This document shows, one piece after another, positions 1 to 11,283 of a stretch of 64,000 nt of DNA. Position numbers and translations under genes: made by a program. The notes under the pieces were generated by a model that was not told where the DNA came from, did not search any database, and saw nothing but the letters and a program-made list of their open reading frames with translations. How positions within the stretch are numbered: the first letter of the stretch is position 1; each line of letters opens with the position of its first letter. Source of the DNA: an uncultured Candidatus Bathyarchaeia archaeon (GTDB lineage: Archaea; Thermoproteota; CALKCG01; B24; DRYS01); NCBI GenBank assembly GCA_964491605.1, contig CAZBGY010000003.1, positions 24,678-88,677 on the forward strand, in the 5' to 3' direction.

Positions 1-183
1 AAAGCAGCGGTTAAGCTTGGAGCAGCTGTTGCAACTAACGATAAAAAGCTTCGGATGAAGCTTAGATCTAAAGGTATACCCACCATATTCCTCAGGGAGC
101 GATCACATCTAGATATCGACGGATACATACCTTAAAAGCTTCACAATCTTTATAGAGAAGCGCGAAATCCTATAACCTTCTTT

Positions 184-1371
184 ATGGGGTTGCCAGATAG
201 ATGTAGTATTAGAGGCTATAGGGCTATAATTCTCCTAGGATTCGTAAGTTTAATGGGCGACATAGTCTACGAAGGAGCTAGAGGATTAATACCAAGCTTT
301 CTGAAGTATCTAGGGGCATCAGCATCCATCACAGGTTTATCTACAGGATTAGGTGATTCGATGGGTTTAGGTCTAAGGCTATTATCAGGATTAATAGCTG
401 ATGCTACCGGTAGATACTGGAGCTTAACCTTTACAGGCTATGGTCTGATAGTATCTATACCATTGTTATCCGTAGCATGGAGTTGGCCTATAGCCGTAAC
501 CCTATCTATAGTAGAGAGAGTGGGTAAAGCTTTGAGGACACCGAGTAGGGATACGATAATCTCGATGGTATCGAAGGATGTAGGCGCGGGTAAGGCGTTC
601 GGTATACATGAATTTCTAGATCAGGTAGGAGCGGTGGCAGGCCCTCTGATAGTAGCTATCGTAATGCTATATACTGGAGGTATATATGAATGTGCATTTG
701 CGGTTTTAACCATACCCTACATAGCCTTGATAGTTACATTATCGTACACATATAAGAGTATAGGACCCGTAGAATCTACTCGTAAAGCTGGATCTAAATC
801 GTTTAGATTTCCAAATCTAAGTATGAAATTCTGGCTATACTCCTCCGCAGTCTTAGCTAACACGCTAGGACTTATACCTGCTAGCCTAATACTCTATAAA
901 GCTTCAGATATATTCGTGGATGAATGGATTATACCGTTAATCTACCTAGCTATACAAGCTATAGACGCTCCGTCAGCCATCTTATCAGGTATATTCTACG
1001 ATAGAATAGGTCTTAAGATACTCTACATACCTATGCTAGCTTCAGCTATACCCTCGATCCTAGTATTTACTGAAGGAGCATGGTCTATAATGATCGCATC
1101 AATAATCTACGGAGTCGTATACGGGATGCAGGAGTCAATATACCGTGCAGCCATAGCTACGATCACACCTATGGAGTGCAGGGGGACTGGATACGGGGTA
1201 TTCAATACCTTATACGGAGCTGGCTTCCTAGCGTCAGGCGTAGTCTATGGGTTTATGCTAGATTACGGCATACCGCTACCTATCGTGTTAGCCTACACGC
1301 TATCCCTTCAAACGGTAGCAATGATACTTCTCTCATACAGTATCGGTAGGAGTAGCAAGGGTTTAAGCTAA
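184..1371 (+). CDS. Major facilitator superfamily transporter
   Basis: 395 aa with about 12 hydrophobic segments; Gly-rich MFS-like loop motifs (GLGLRLLSGLIADATGR). Confidence 0.6.
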   Translation: MGLPDRCSIRGYRAIILLGFVSLMGDIVYEGARGLIPSFLKYLGASASITGLSTGLGDSMGLGLRLLSGLIADATGRYWSLTFTGYGLIVSIPLLSVAWSWPIAVTLSIVERVGKALRTPSRDTIISMVSKDVGAGKAFGIHEFLDQVGAVAGPLIVAIVMLYTGGIYECAFAVLTIPYIALIVTLSYTYKSIGPVESTRKAGSKSFRFPNLSMKFWLYSSAVLANTLGLIPASLILYKASDIFVDEWIIPLIYLAIQAIDAPSAILSGIFYDRIGLKILYIPMLASAIPSILVFTEGAWSIMIASIIYGVVYGMQESIYRAAIATITPMECRGTGYGVFNTLYGAGFLASGVVYGFMLDYGIPLPIVLAYTLSLQTVAMILLSYSIGRSSKGLS

Positions 1372-2469
1372 ATCCTCCCCATCCTCTATGAATTTCAACA
1401 GCAGCCTATAAGCCTCTTCATCGCTTCCAATTTGAATGGGAGGATGCTTAAATAAGTATGCAGATGCACTTTTAACAACACCTTTGAATCCTCTATCGAG
1501 GGCAAGTTTAGCAACCCTTATAGCATCCACCAGAATACCTGCGATCATAGATTTATCATCGACTTTAAGTTTAACTTCGATTTCTACAGGAAAATCCGCA
1601 TAGCTCCTCCCCTTAACATATATGTAGCACACTTTAGTATTACCTAGGAATGGTATATAGTCGCTGGGACCTACCCTCACCCTACCTTCAGATTCAAGTT
1701 TATCCCCGTAGGGTAGGATGCATGTCACAGCTTTAGTCTTACTCACACGTTTATCGCGCAGTCTATCTTCAGAAAGCATATTCAGGAAATCCGTATTACC
1801 ACCTATATTCAGCTGATAAGTCTCCTCCACCTCTACACCCCTCATATATAGTAGATGTATTATGGAACGGTGAAGTATGGTCGCACCTATCTGACCTTTA
1901 ATATCATCACCTAGAATCGGTATACCAGCTTCATGGAACCTTTTACCCCATATGGGGTCGCTAGCGATGAATACAGGTATAGCATTCACGAAAGCCACCT
2001 TCGCTCTAATACATGCCTCCGCATAGAATAGTGAAGCCTCCCTACTCCCGACAGGTAGTAGATTAACGAGAACCTCTGTACCAGTATCTTCTAGGATCCT
2101 CGCTATTTCATCGACCGAGGGGTCAGGCATATCATGCTCTATATCGAAAAGGTTACGCATATGCTCGGCTACACCGTCGAGTATAGGTCCTCTACAAACT
2201 TTAACAGAAAGTCTAGGTACATCTACGAATCTAGGTGTGACGTTAGGTTTTTCGAATATAGCCTCGCTAAGGTCTAAACCAATCTTACGTCTACTTACAT
2301 CAAAAGCTGATACGAATCTTATATCGCTCAACCTATAGCCTCCTAGAACTGGGAAGGAGACGCCTGGTATATGATCGATATAATCGACGCTCCTATAGTA
2401 GTACACACTCTGTACGAGAAATGAGGCGGCATTACCCACTCCTACAATGCCTACCCTAACCTCGCCCAT
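1363..2469 (-). CDS. myo-inositol-1-phosphate synthase (archaeal type)
   Basis: N-terminal Rossmann motif VGIVGVGNAAS and the conserved NIGGNTDF motif; about 368 aa, typical of archaeal MIPS. Confidence 0.75.
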   Translation of the reverse strand: MGEVRVGIVGVGNAASFLVQSVYYYRSVDYIDHIPGVSFPVLGGYRLSDIRFVSAFDVSRRKIGLDLSEAIFEKPNVTPRFVDVPRLSVKVCRGPILDGVAEHMRNLFDIEHDMPDPSVDEIARILEDTGTEVLVNLLPVGSREASLFYAEACIRAKVAFVNAIPVFIASDPIWGKRFHEAGIPILGDDIKGQIGATILHRSIIHLLYMRGVEVEETYQLNIGGNTDFLNMLSEDRLRDKRVSKTKAVTCILPYGDKLESEGRVRVGPSDYIPFLGNTKVCYIYVKGRSYADFPVEIEVKLKVDDKSMIAGILVDAIRVAKLALDRGFKGVVKSASAYLFKHPPIQIGSDEEAYRLLLKFIEDGEDLA

Positions 2470-2564
2470 AATCTTACCCGTTATACTACTGATATTTACT
2501 CTATATTAAATATTTAATTGACGTTAAACTACCATTATTAGGCGGGCCTTTTAGCGATCGGAAC

Positions 2565-3899
2565 GTGATGAAGGAGGTTAAGATAGCCCTCGTAGGTGCT
2601 GGTAGTCTAACCTTTACACCGTCTGTAATCAAAGCTTTAACTCGTAGCAAGCTAGCCGATGAATGCATGTTAACCGTAGCCTTGATCGATGTAAACAAGG
2701 ATATATTGGATGTTATGTATAAGATATCATCGAAGATAGTGGAGGCAACAGGTAGAAGTTCTAATATACGCGTAGAAAAGTACACGGATAGGAGGGAAGC
2801 TTTCGAAGGAGTAGATTTCGCTATAGTTACTATAGGTGTAGGAGGGGTTGAAGCCACCCATCTAGATGTAGAGATTCCTAGAAAGTATGGCATCGAGCAG
2901 ATGATAGGAGATACTGTCGGACCTGGAGGTATCATGAGGGGGATAAGGCATGTACCAGCTTTAATCGATATAGCAAGCGATCTAGACGATATATCTCCTA
3001 ACGCTTACCTCTTCAATTACTCCAACCCGTTAACAGTTCTTACAAGAGCTGTTATCAGGGAGTGTAAGGTGAGAACTTACGGGCTCTGCACAGGTATATT
3101 CGGCGTGGTAGATGGTATCGCACGTATATTCGGCGTAGCATCGAAGGATGTTAAGCTGTATATAGGCGGTATAAACCATTTCTACTGGATCCTCGACTTC
3201 ACGGTTAAAGGCGAACCGGGATATCCTAAGCTGGAGAGGCTAATCAAAGAAAAACCGAAGGTAATCGAGAGATCGAAGCTGATATTCGACCTCTACAAGA
3301 TCTACAAGTTGATACCTGGACCCGGTAGACATGTAGCGGAATTCCTCCCACATATATTCATGAAGCCGGAGGCTATCGCTAGGTATAACTTTAAGCTATT
3401 CCCGGAAGGAACGATCTACGATTATAAAGTTAGGAAGCCGTATGAAGAGCTTCTCAGAGCTATAGCCTCGGATACCAAACCTATCGATGAATTGATAGGG
3501 ATTAAAGGTTTAGAGGAGGAGGGGATAGGCGTAGTGAAGCTTATAGAATCCATAGTATTAGATGAGCCTATGTTCTATCCTGGGATAAACGTCGCTAACG
3601 ATGGATGCGTAGAGGGTTTACCTTCATGGAGTGTAGTGGAGGTTCCAGCTTACGTAGATTCGGCAGGTATACACCCGATACATGTAGGTAAGCTACATAA
3701 ATCGATAGTGGGGTTAACCATACCTAGGATTATGCAGTACGAGTTAACGATAGACGCGGCGCTATCAGGCGATAAAGATCTAGCTATACAAGCTATGATG
3801 ATAGATGGATATGTGGATGATATAGAGAAGGCGAGAAAGATACTATCGGAGCTTATAGAAGCTGAGACGAGATGGCTTCCGGGATACTGGCTTAGATAG
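2565..3899 (+). CDS. Glycoside hydrolase family 4 (NAD-dependent alpha-glucosidase/galactosidase-like)
   Basis: N-terminal KIALVGAGS NAD-binding motif; NYSNP motif; length 444 aa, typical of GH4. Confidence 0.7.
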   Translation: MMKEVKIALVGAGSLTFTPSVIKALTRSKLADECMLTVALIDVNKDILDVMYKISSKIVEATGRSSNIRVEKYTDRREAFEGVDFAIVTIGVGGVEATHLDVEIPRKYGIEQMIGDTVGPGGIMRGIRHVPALIDIASDLDDISPNAYLFNYSNPLTVLTRAVIRECKVRTYGLCTGIFGVVDGIARIFGVASKDVKLYIGGINHFYWILDFTVKGEPGYPKLERLIKEKPKVIERSKLIFDLYKIYKLIPGPGRHVAEFLPHIFMKPEAIARYNFKLFPEGTIYDYKVRKPYEELLRAIASDTKPIDELIGIKGLEEEGIGVVKLIESIVLDEPMFYPGINVANDGCVEGLPSWSVVEVPAYVDSAGIHPIHVGKLHKSIVGLTIPRIMQYELTIDAALSGDKDLAIQAMMIDGYVDDIEKARKILSELIEAETRWLPGYWLR

Positions 3900-3916
3900 C
3901 TTCCCTTTAGATTACG

Positions 3917-4834
3917 CTACACGTATATATCGACCTGTATATCTCTAGCTAAGTTAGCATATCTATTCCTCACCGTTACCTCAGTAACGTTAGCAGCTTC
4001 AGCTACTTCCCTTTGAGTTTTCCTACATCCGCTTATAATCGAAGCCATATAGAGAGCCGCAGCGGCTATACCCGTAGGATTCTTCCCGTTAGTTATCTTG
4101 AGTGTTCTAGCGACTTCCACTATCCGGTATGCTATAAGCTCAGCTGAAGCTGGAAGCTGTAGAGGTTTAGCTATATGCTTAACATAGCTATGAGGGGGTA
4201 TAGGTGTAACTGTTATCGTGAGATCCTTTATAAGCGAACGGTAGCTCCTACCTATCTCCTTCTTATCCATCATGGATATCCTCGATAATTCATCTAGAGT
4301 TCTCGCATGCTTACATAGATGGCATGCGAGGTATACGGCGGCTGCAGCCATACTCTTTATAGATCTACCCTTAACCTTATTATTCTCTAAAGCTTTACGG
4401 TATACTACCGATGCAGTCTCCAGGACGGGTTTAGGTAGATTCAACGCCGATACTATCTCCATTATAGTTCTAAGAGCTAAAGCTAGGTTCCTATCCCTAG
4501 CACTCGATAGACGACTACGACTCTGCAATCTTCTAAGATTCATAAACTGGCTTAGCTTACCGATAGATAGACCACTTCTAGGCTTGATATCTATAATCGT
4601 GGATAGACCTTTATCGTGGACGGCATACGTTATAGGAGCACCTACACGTGTACGTCTCTCCCTCTGCTCATCGTCGAATGCACGCCATTCAGGACCTAGA
4701 TCCATAAGCTTATCATCGATCACAGAGCCACATGCACTACAGACGATCTCGGCTCTATCGTAGTCATATATCATGTTACGAGATTTACAGTGCGGACAGA
4801 TAATCTCTACATCATCTTTATTTTCATTCGACAT
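3917..4834 (-). CDS. tfb: Transcription initiation factor IIB (TFB)
   Basis: N-terminal zinc ribbon CPHC...CSAC followed by two cyclin-like repeats; 305 aa. Confidence 0.9.
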   Translation of the reverse strand: MSNENKDDVEIICPHCKSRNMIYDYDRAEIVCSACGSVIDDKLMDLGPEWRAFDDEQRERRTRVGAPITYAVHDKGLSTIIDIKPRSGLSIGKLSQFMNLRRLQSRSRLSSARDRNLALALRTIMEIVSALNLPKPVLETASVVYRKALENNKVKGRSIKSMAAAAVYLACHLCKHARTLDELSRISMMDKKEIGRSYRSLIKDLTITVTPIPPHSYVKHIAKPLQLPASAELIAYRIVEVARTLKITNGKNPTGIAAAALYMASIISGCRKTQREVAEAANVTEVTVRNRYANLARDIQVDIYV

Positions 4835-4842
4835 AAGCCCGG

Positions 4843-5115
4843 TTACCTCCTAGATCTATGTGGAGAAGAATAGTAGAGTATGACTCCACTTTCGATCTGT
4901 GTGCGTATAGATTCGCATCTAACTAGAGCGAAGGGGGAGGATGTGGATCCGATTATATCCTTGACGACGCCTATCTTATTCAGGTTTCGATCGAAGACGT
5001 AATCGCCGATCTTAGGAGTATTTTCAAGCTTCACTACGATATTATGATTCTTGGATATATGAAGTATGACTCCTAGCCGCCGCAAGGGTGAACAAGACTT
5101 AGTAAGCTTTGACAT
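4843..5115 (-). CDS. H/ACA ribonucleoprotein component Gar1
   Basis: Small beta-barrel protein with LGVILHIS...PKIGDYVFD...IGVVKDIIGSTSSPFALV pattern; immediately upstream of tfb, as in many archaea. Confidence 0.7.
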   Translation of the reverse strand: MSKLTKSCSPLRRLGVILHISKNHNIVVKLENTPKIGDYVFDRNLNKIGVVKDIIGSTSSPFALVRCESIRTQIESGVILYYSSPHRSRR

Positions 5116-5229
5116 AAAGATAAACTTTCCCTAGCTAGTGTATGGATGTACGATAGGGTGAGTCAAAGGGTTTACGCTTACATGTTTGGAATATAGCGGA
5201 GTAAATTCTTATAGTATCGCGGATATAGA

Positions 5230-6576
5230 TTGCTTAATACGTTCTTGTTAGCAGACGCTTTGAAGATAGCTATCGAGACTCTAGAGATAGTGGAATCTAC
5301 GAGAAGTAGCGTTAAGTCAGTATTCTACAAAGCTTCCAAGAATTACAGCGTTTCAGATATGGAAGCTCTACGTATGGCCTATAGGATAGTATACGAATCT
5401 ATCAAGAACCTTAACTTAGTAGATGCTATAGCTGAATCGATCATAGGTAGAGAATATCATGAAGATTTACCATCCATCCTTAAGAATATCATCAGGATTA
5501 TAGTGTACGAGTTTAAGGTAAATCCTTCCCAGCCTAAGCATAGTTTAGCGGATTACATATCGACGTTAAGATCCATCTACGGATGGAAGATTCTTCAACC
5601 GATAGAGCCGTATCTAGGTCGGATAGCAACGTTAAGCTATGATCAAACTAAACTTTGCGAACTAGATAGGATGGCTTTAGCATATAGACAGCCTAAATGG
5701 CTTGTAGAGTATCTAGAGAGGATCCTAGGTAGGAGTATAGCGTTAAAGGTAATCGAAGGATTGCAAGCTGAGCCTAGAATCTACATTAGGATCAATACGT
5801 TTAAAACTAGTGTAGAAGACTGCTTAGAGATGCTCCGGAACGAAGGATTCAAGCTCAAACCGGTCGATAATATACCGTACGTATATGTTCTAGAAAGCTA
5901 CGAGAAGCCAATACCACTATCAAGAGCCTACCACGACGGACTAATACAAGTACAGGATCTATCGAGCTGCTATTCAGTAGTTCTTTTAGATCCTAAACCA
6001 GGTGAACATATACTCGATCTATGTGCAGCTCCTGGTGTTAAGACCAGCTACTTGCTCCAGATAGCAGGTGGAAAGATAGATGTAGTATCCGTAGATATAT
6101 CTGTTAAGCGTCTCCATTTAATGAAGATTTTGATGGAGAAGCTCTCCATCAAAGACGCTTGTATGTTGGTAGCTGATGGAAGATACCTACCGTTAAAGGA
6201 TGTAGAGTTCGATGCTATCCTCCTAGATCCACCATGCTCAGGTACAGGCATACTGCATAGGGATCCAGCTTTCAAGTGGAGGTTGACATATAAGATGATC
6301 ACTAGATTTGCTAGACTTCAATACGAACTACTGGAATCGGCATCGAGGTACGTTAAACCCGGCGGACGCATAGTATACTCGACATGCAGCTTAACGTTGG
6401 AGGAGAATGAAATGGTATTAGAAAGATTCCTCAGGTTAAACCCAGAATTCTACTTATCTAAACCTAAGATCCTGTTAGGATCCGATGGACTTAGAGGTTT
6501 AAATTATGCCAGGAGACTATACCCTCATAGGGATCTATGCAATGGCTTCTTCGTAGCTGTTATAAGGAGGGTTTGA
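5230..6576 (+). CDS. RNA cytosine-C5 methyltransferase, NOL1/NOP2/Sun family
   Basis: SAM-binding motif DLCAAPGVKT, catalytic LLDPPCSGTG and TCS motifs; N-terminal NusB-like region. Confidence 0.8.
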   Translation: MLNTFLLADALKIAIETLEIVESTRSSVKSVFYKASKNYSVSDMEALRMAYRIVYESIKNLNLVDAIAESIIGREYHEDLPSILKNIIRIIVYEFKVNPSQPKHSLADYISTLRSIYGWKILQPIEPYLGRIATLSYDQTKLCELDRMALAYRQPKWLVEYLERILGRSIALKVIEGLQAEPRIYIRINTFKTSVEDCLEMLRNEGFKLKPVDNIPYVYVLESYEKPIPLSRAYHDGLIQVQDLSSCYSVVLLDPKPGEHILDLCAAPGVKTSYLLQIAGGKIDVVSVDISVKRLHLMKILMEKLSIKDACMLVADGRYLPLKDVEFDAILLDPPCSGTGILHRDPAFKWRLTYKMITRFARLQYELLESASRYVKPGGRIVYSTCSLTLEENEMVLERFLRLNPEFYLSKPKILLGSDGLRGLNYARRLYPHRDLCNGFFVAVIRRV

Positions 6577-6579
6577 TCC

Positions 6580-7197
6580 TTGAAAATCGCGGAGGCTAAG
6601 GAGAATCTAAGGAGAACTATATGGAGGCTACTCGAAGAGAGGGGGGTTGCTAGATATCCGCTGCCATGCTATGGGCGTATACCGAACTTCGAGGGATCGG
6701 AGCAAGCTGCGTTAAGATTAACAGCTACAGATGAATGGAGGAGGAGCGCGGTTATCCTAGCTAACCCAGATTACGCTCAGAAGCCTGTAAGAGAGAATGC
6801 TTTGAAGCAAGGTAAGATCGTTATTATGGCTACACCCAGACTTAAAAGTGGATTCATAGTTATAGATCCATCCAGAGCTAAGCATATGGAAGGCTATGCT
6901 TCGACGATAAAGGGAGCTTTCAAGCTAGGCTCACTCGTAGATAAACCTCCGAAAATCGATCTCATAGTAACTGGGTGCGTAGCGGTCGATAGAGAATTTA
7001 ACCGGTTAGGTAAGGGAGGAGGGTACGGTGATAGGGAGATATCCCTAGCGAGAACGCTCTACGGATATATACCGGTAGCGACTACGATTCACGATCTACA
7101 ACTCGTAGATAGGATACCGGTGGAAGAACATGATGTGAAAGTGGATATAGTAGCTACACCTACTAAACTATTGTATAGAAAATGGAGCGAGCACTAA
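6580..7197 (+). CDS. 5-formyltetrahydrofolate cyclo-ligase family protein
   Basis: Conserved GKGGGYGD motif and overall length of about 200 aa. Confidence 0.6.
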   Translation: MKIAEAKENLRRTIWRLLEERGVARYPLPCYGRIPNFEGSEQAALRLTATDEWRRSAVILANPDYAQKPVRENALKQGKIVIMATPRLKSGFIVIDPSRAKHMEGYASTIKGAFKLGSLVDKPPKIDLIVTGCVAVDREFNRLGKGGGYGDREISLARTLYGYIPVATTIHDLQLVDRIPVEEHDVKVDIVATPTKLLYRKWSEH

Positions 7198-7254
7198 AGT
7201 GTATCGGGTGAAGCTGTTTATAAGGAAGACTATCTAGGTTAAACTGTAATCGTC

Positions 7255-8790
7255 ATGGATGCATGGGTGCAACCGTTAGATCCGATAGGATGCCTCCCCC
7301 TCTCATGCCTAGCTTCATTTATACCTATAATGTCTCTTATAATCCTACTATGCATACTAAGGATCCCGGGATGGAAAGCTGCTTTAGCATCCTCGATAAT
7401 ATGTTTTGCTATCTCTCTAACGATATATAAGGCTCCATTCTATATAGCTTTATCGAGCTACTTATACGGCTTCGCATTCGGTTTCTGGCCTATATCCTGG
7501 ATAGTGGTTAACGCTGTATTCTTGTACAACGTAGCTAGAGAGAGCGGGTGCGTAGAGGAGCTTATCAGGTGGATGAAGAACAGTCTACCAAATAGTAGAG
7601 GACTATATGCTCTCTTCATAGCATTCCTACTGGGAGGGCTTATAGAGGGCGTGGATGGGTATGGATTTCCTATAGCCATCTCAGCCACCCTACTAGTAAG
7701 CTTAGGATTCAAACCTATAGACGCTGTATGTATATCGCTCATAGCGAACACCGTAACCGTACCGTTCGCAAGCCTAGGTGTACCTGTAGAGACTTTAAGA
7801 ATAGTATCGAATCTAGAGCTAAGATCTATATGCATACATCTTTCGCTATATCTTTCTCTGATAGCGATAGCGACATCCATACTCGTCGTCAGGATAGCTT
7901 CTATCCACGAATCCGACCGTAGAGTCTATGAAGCTGGGTTGATAGCTGGAGTTACGCTAGCTATATCCATATACATGGTGACGATCTATATAGATCCACA
8001 CCTCTCAGGTATATTAGCACCTATAGCCTCCATACTAGCTACGATACTCTACATAAGAATGCGATTCAAGAGTAGCGTTAAAGTTGTAGGCTTCAAAGGA
8101 TGGATACCGTGGATAATAGTCTCGATCGCTATGGGGTTTTCCGGCCTTACAGGATTCTACAAGTCGTTCTCTATGAAGATATACATACCGAATCTACATG
8201 AATCCATCTATATACCGCTCTACGGCAGTTTATCCACGGCGATCTACGAACTACAACCCTTAGCTCATGGAACGATAGCTTTAGCTTCAGCTTTAGCCGT
8301 AGCGTATATCTACGGGTTAAAGCCTTCGATCCTAGCTAAGCTATATATAGATACCTGGAGAAGGATGAGGTATGCTATACTAACCGTCATGGAGGTTTTA
8401 GGTTTAGCATTCCTAATGAATTACACAGGATTATCGTTAACGCTTGGGCACGCATTATCGCATATAGGTTTGCTATACCCGATCTTATCAGGGTTTATAG
8501 GATGGATAGGCACCTTCGTAAGCGGATCCGAAACAGGTTCGAATGCTTTATTTGGGAATCTTCAGAAAATGGCGGCTGAGATGATGGGAATAACACCATA
8601 TATAACGACCAGCTTAAACGCAGCTGGGGGAGTACTAGGTAAGATGGTATCGCTGCAAAGTATAGCGGTAGGATTATCAGCTGTAGGATTAGAAGGGGGT
8701 GAAGACGTTATCATGCGTAGATTGATCGGTTATAGCTTAGCTTTAACATCGATACTAGGATTAATAGCGTATGTAACAATACTCGCATAG
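7255..8790 (+). CDS. L-lactate permease (LctP) family transporter
   Basis: 511 aa polytopic membrane protein containing the LctP-like GSETGSNALFGNLQ signature. Confidence 0.55.
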   Translation: MDAWVQPLDPIGCLPLSCLASFIPIMSLIILLCILRIPGWKAALASSIICFAISLTIYKAPFYIALSSYLYGFAFGFWPISWIVVNAVFLYNVARESGCVEELIRWMKNSLPNSRGLYALFIAFLLGGLIEGVDGYGFPIAISATLLVSLGFKPIDAVCISLIANTVTVPFASLGVPVETLRIVSNLELRSICIHLSLYLSLIAIATSILVVRIASIHESDRRVYEAGLIAGVTLAISIYMVTIYIDPHLSGILAPIASILATILYIRMRFKSSVKVVGFKGWIPWIIVSIAMGFSGLTGFYKSFSMKIYIPNLHESIYIPLYGSLSTAIYELQPLAHGTIALASALAVAYIYGLKPSILAKLYIDTWRRMRYAILTVMEVLGLAFLMNYTGLSLTLGHALSHIGLLYPILSGFIGWIGTFVSGSETGSNALFGNLQKMAAEMMGITPYITTSLNAAGGVLGKMVSLQSIAVGLSAVGLEGGEDVIMRRLIGYSLALTSILGLIAYVTILA

Positions 8791-8935
8791 CTGAGGAAGC
8801 TTCTTGAAGGAAAATGATCGACTGATGGATAAGAGAATCAACTGAAAAGCTATAGTAGCCTTATCCAAGCCTTTCTAAAATCATAGAGCAATATAATAAG
8901 ACTTAAATAATTTCCAATGAAATTATTCAATAAAT

Positions 8936-9943
8936 ATGAAAGCAGCTGTTGTCGAAAAACCTGGAGTAATCGTCGTAAAGGATGTGCCTAAACCGAAGCT
9001 TGAGAGCGATTATGATGTGATAATTAAGGTACGTAAAGCTGCGATCTGCAGACATCCAGACTATGAGCTATTTCAAGGAATTCGCTCCCCTGTGAGAGCT
9101 GGTTGGGAGCCTACAAACTACCCCTTCATACTAGGACATGAGTTCAGCGGGGAAATAGTTGAAATGGGATCGAAGGTTAACGAAGTTTATCCTAAGCTGA
9201 AAAATGGGGATAGGATATGCGAGTGAACTTGGTGCGAGGGATTTGCAGAATATGTGAGGATAAACGTACGAGAGATAGCTGCGATAGCAACGCTCCCAGA
9301 TAACGTTTCAGACGAAGAGGGAGCTATCCTCGAGCTGGCAGGAGGCTCAACCATATTCCATGCGTGGGCTGCTATAAAACCACTCGATAAAGTTTTGGTG
9401 CTCGGCTGTGGACCAGCTGGCTTAAGTATCATACAACATGCAAGAAATTTTGGAGCTGATACCGTCGTCGGCACGGATATATACGATGATAGGCTTAAAG
9501 CGGCTAGGATGGTTGGGGCTGATGCTGTTTATAATGCGTCGGAGTATGAGCCTGATGAGTTAGGCAGGGTGATAAAGAGGGAGTTCGGCGAGATGGATTT
9601 AGTCTTCGATACAGCTGGAACAAGCAAAGCTATCTTTACTGGTGTAGAAGCTTTAAAGCCTAAAGGCTCCTTCTACATCTTTGCTCATGTATCAGAATCT
9701 GTAACGGTTCCATACTTGAAGATAGCTACAAAACTGAGCCATTTCGGTCCACCAATAGGTATGCCTAGTCACGTTAGGATGAGGAAGCTAATGGAGCTAG
9801 CAGTAAAGTGGGTGTCTGAAGGACGACTTGACGTTAAGACCATGATAACCCACCATTTTCCGTTGGATAAGATAGGGGAGGCGCTTACATTCAACTGGGA
9901 TAAACCTCAAGAGTGTATCAAAGTAGTAATCGATGTAGCATGA
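8936..9943 (+). pseudogene. Zn-dependent alcohol dehydrogenase/MDR family gene interrupted by one in-frame TGA (9224-9226)
   Basis: ORFs 8936..9226 and 9254..9943 are in the same frame. The first gives the GroES-like N-domain (GHEFSGEIVEMG...GDRICE). The second continues with GFAEYV and the Rossmann domain (VLGCGPAGL). Only a single stop separates them. Confidence 0.5.
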
Positions 9944-9958
9944 ATATGGGGGAGCGTA

Positions 9959-10831
9959 ATGGGTAGCATAAGATTAGCCATATCAGGTCAACAGCTCGGA
10001 GGATTCGGTAAGTCGCTTGAGGAGATACTATCGATACTTAAAGACTTTTCAATTTCGTGGATCGAACTGTGGACCTTCAACCTGATAGGAGGATTCCGAG
10101 GTAAGAGATGCAGCGATGAGGATTTAATTATGACGAGGGAGCTACTCGATGAGTATGGTATAAGTGTAGCATGCATCACGAACGGAGATGCTTTCGTGGA
10201 AGGGATATCCGAGAGACCAGAGGCATATATTGCATCGATGAAAGAAACAATCAGAATAGCTAAAGAGCTTAATTCGCCGTTTGTAAATTGCTATGTCTAT
10301 TATTTCGCCCTCGGTCACGATTCAAATATTAACCCATTCGTTAGGATAATGAAGCCTATAGTGGATTATGCGGAGAAGTTAGGCGTAACGATCGTCTTGG
10401 AGAATGAAGCACACGATGCTTCCGGGACTCCTGAAGGTATGCTTAAAATACTTAAAGCTTTAAACTCTGACTTTTTTAAGACGAACTTCGATGCAACTAA
10501 TTACTACCAAGCAAACGTTGAGCCCTTCCCTTATGCTTATGAAGTATTGAAAGACTACATAGCATACATCCACTTAAAGAATGGATGTAAGTTTATACCA
10601 GGTGTACATCCAGATTATGCTAGAGGAGGCCCGTTCGCTCCGCCTAATGAATCTCACCGCATATTTTACCCACCACTACCATACGGAGCTGTGAATATAG
10701 AGGGATTGATTCTACGATTAAAGCAAGATGGATATGATGGATTTTGTACGCTTGAACCACACGTACGTACATTGGATAAGCTTATGGAATATTACAGAGT
10801 AGAGGTATCCTATTTAAAACAACGCATCTGA
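9959..10831 (+). CDS. Sugar phosphate isomerase/epimerase (xylose isomerase-like TIM barrel) family protein
   Basis: 290 aa; general similarity to AP endonuclease 2/xylose isomerase-like TIM-barrel proteins. Weak call. Confidence 0.4.
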   Translation: MGSIRLAISGQQLGGFGKSLEEILSILKDFSISWIELWTFNLIGGFRGKRCSDEDLIMTRELLDEYGISVACITNGDAFVEGISERPEAYIASMKETIRIAKELNSPFVNCYVYYFALGHDSNINPFVRIMKPIVDYAEKLGVTIVLENEAHDASGTPEGMLKILKALNSDFFKTNFDATNYYQANVEPFPYAYEVLKDYIAYIHLKNGCKFIPGVHPDYARGGPFAPPNESHRIFYPPLPYGAVNIEGLILRLKQDGYDGFCTLEPHVRTLDKLMEYYRVEVSYLKQRI

Positions 10832-11283
10832 TGGTTATCGCATAAAATTAAATTCCTAACTATCATTCTATAGAAGTCTCCCCTTAAATATACCGATATA
10901 GCTGTGAAAGGCACTACCATCTGTCGTTACAAGATGAATGAATTTTTTACACATTCTTAGAATGATTATTTGAACGTCAGCTTGCGTTTTTCATGAAATA
11001 TCTGATAATAGTGTAGCAGAAGTATTAAACTGGCGAGAGATTAATACCTTCAAGCTATCATTCTCTAAATCACGTAGGCTTATCGTTTGATTTAGATAGC
11101 ATCTCTGGATCTACCGGATGGGAACGGGGATTAAGTTATCTCCGCAGAACCTCTAAAGCGTATGATACGCTTTCCCCTATTTCACGGTAGGTCGACCCAT
11201 CCTAGAGAGATGAGGGATTAGACAATATCTAATTTAGACAAAAACGTTTAAGACGTCATATCAGATACAGAATCGATAGCCGT

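Noticed and set aside
4272-4763. 163 aa ORF antisense to tfb, and similar antisense ORFs inside the LctP-like gene (7458..7880), FeoB (24571..24855), fbp (43020..43970) and the COG1548-like gene (48953..49189)
   Set aside because: Each is wholly contained within a well-supported gene on the opposite strand and has no recognisable motifs. These are typical shadow ORFs.
9224-9226. In-frame TGA in the alcohol dehydrogenase read as a possible selenocysteine codon
   Set aside because: No precedent for Sec in this enzyme family, and no obvious SECIS-like structure downstream. Crenarchaeal lineages are not known to use Sec. A nonsense mutation or sequencing error is far more likely.
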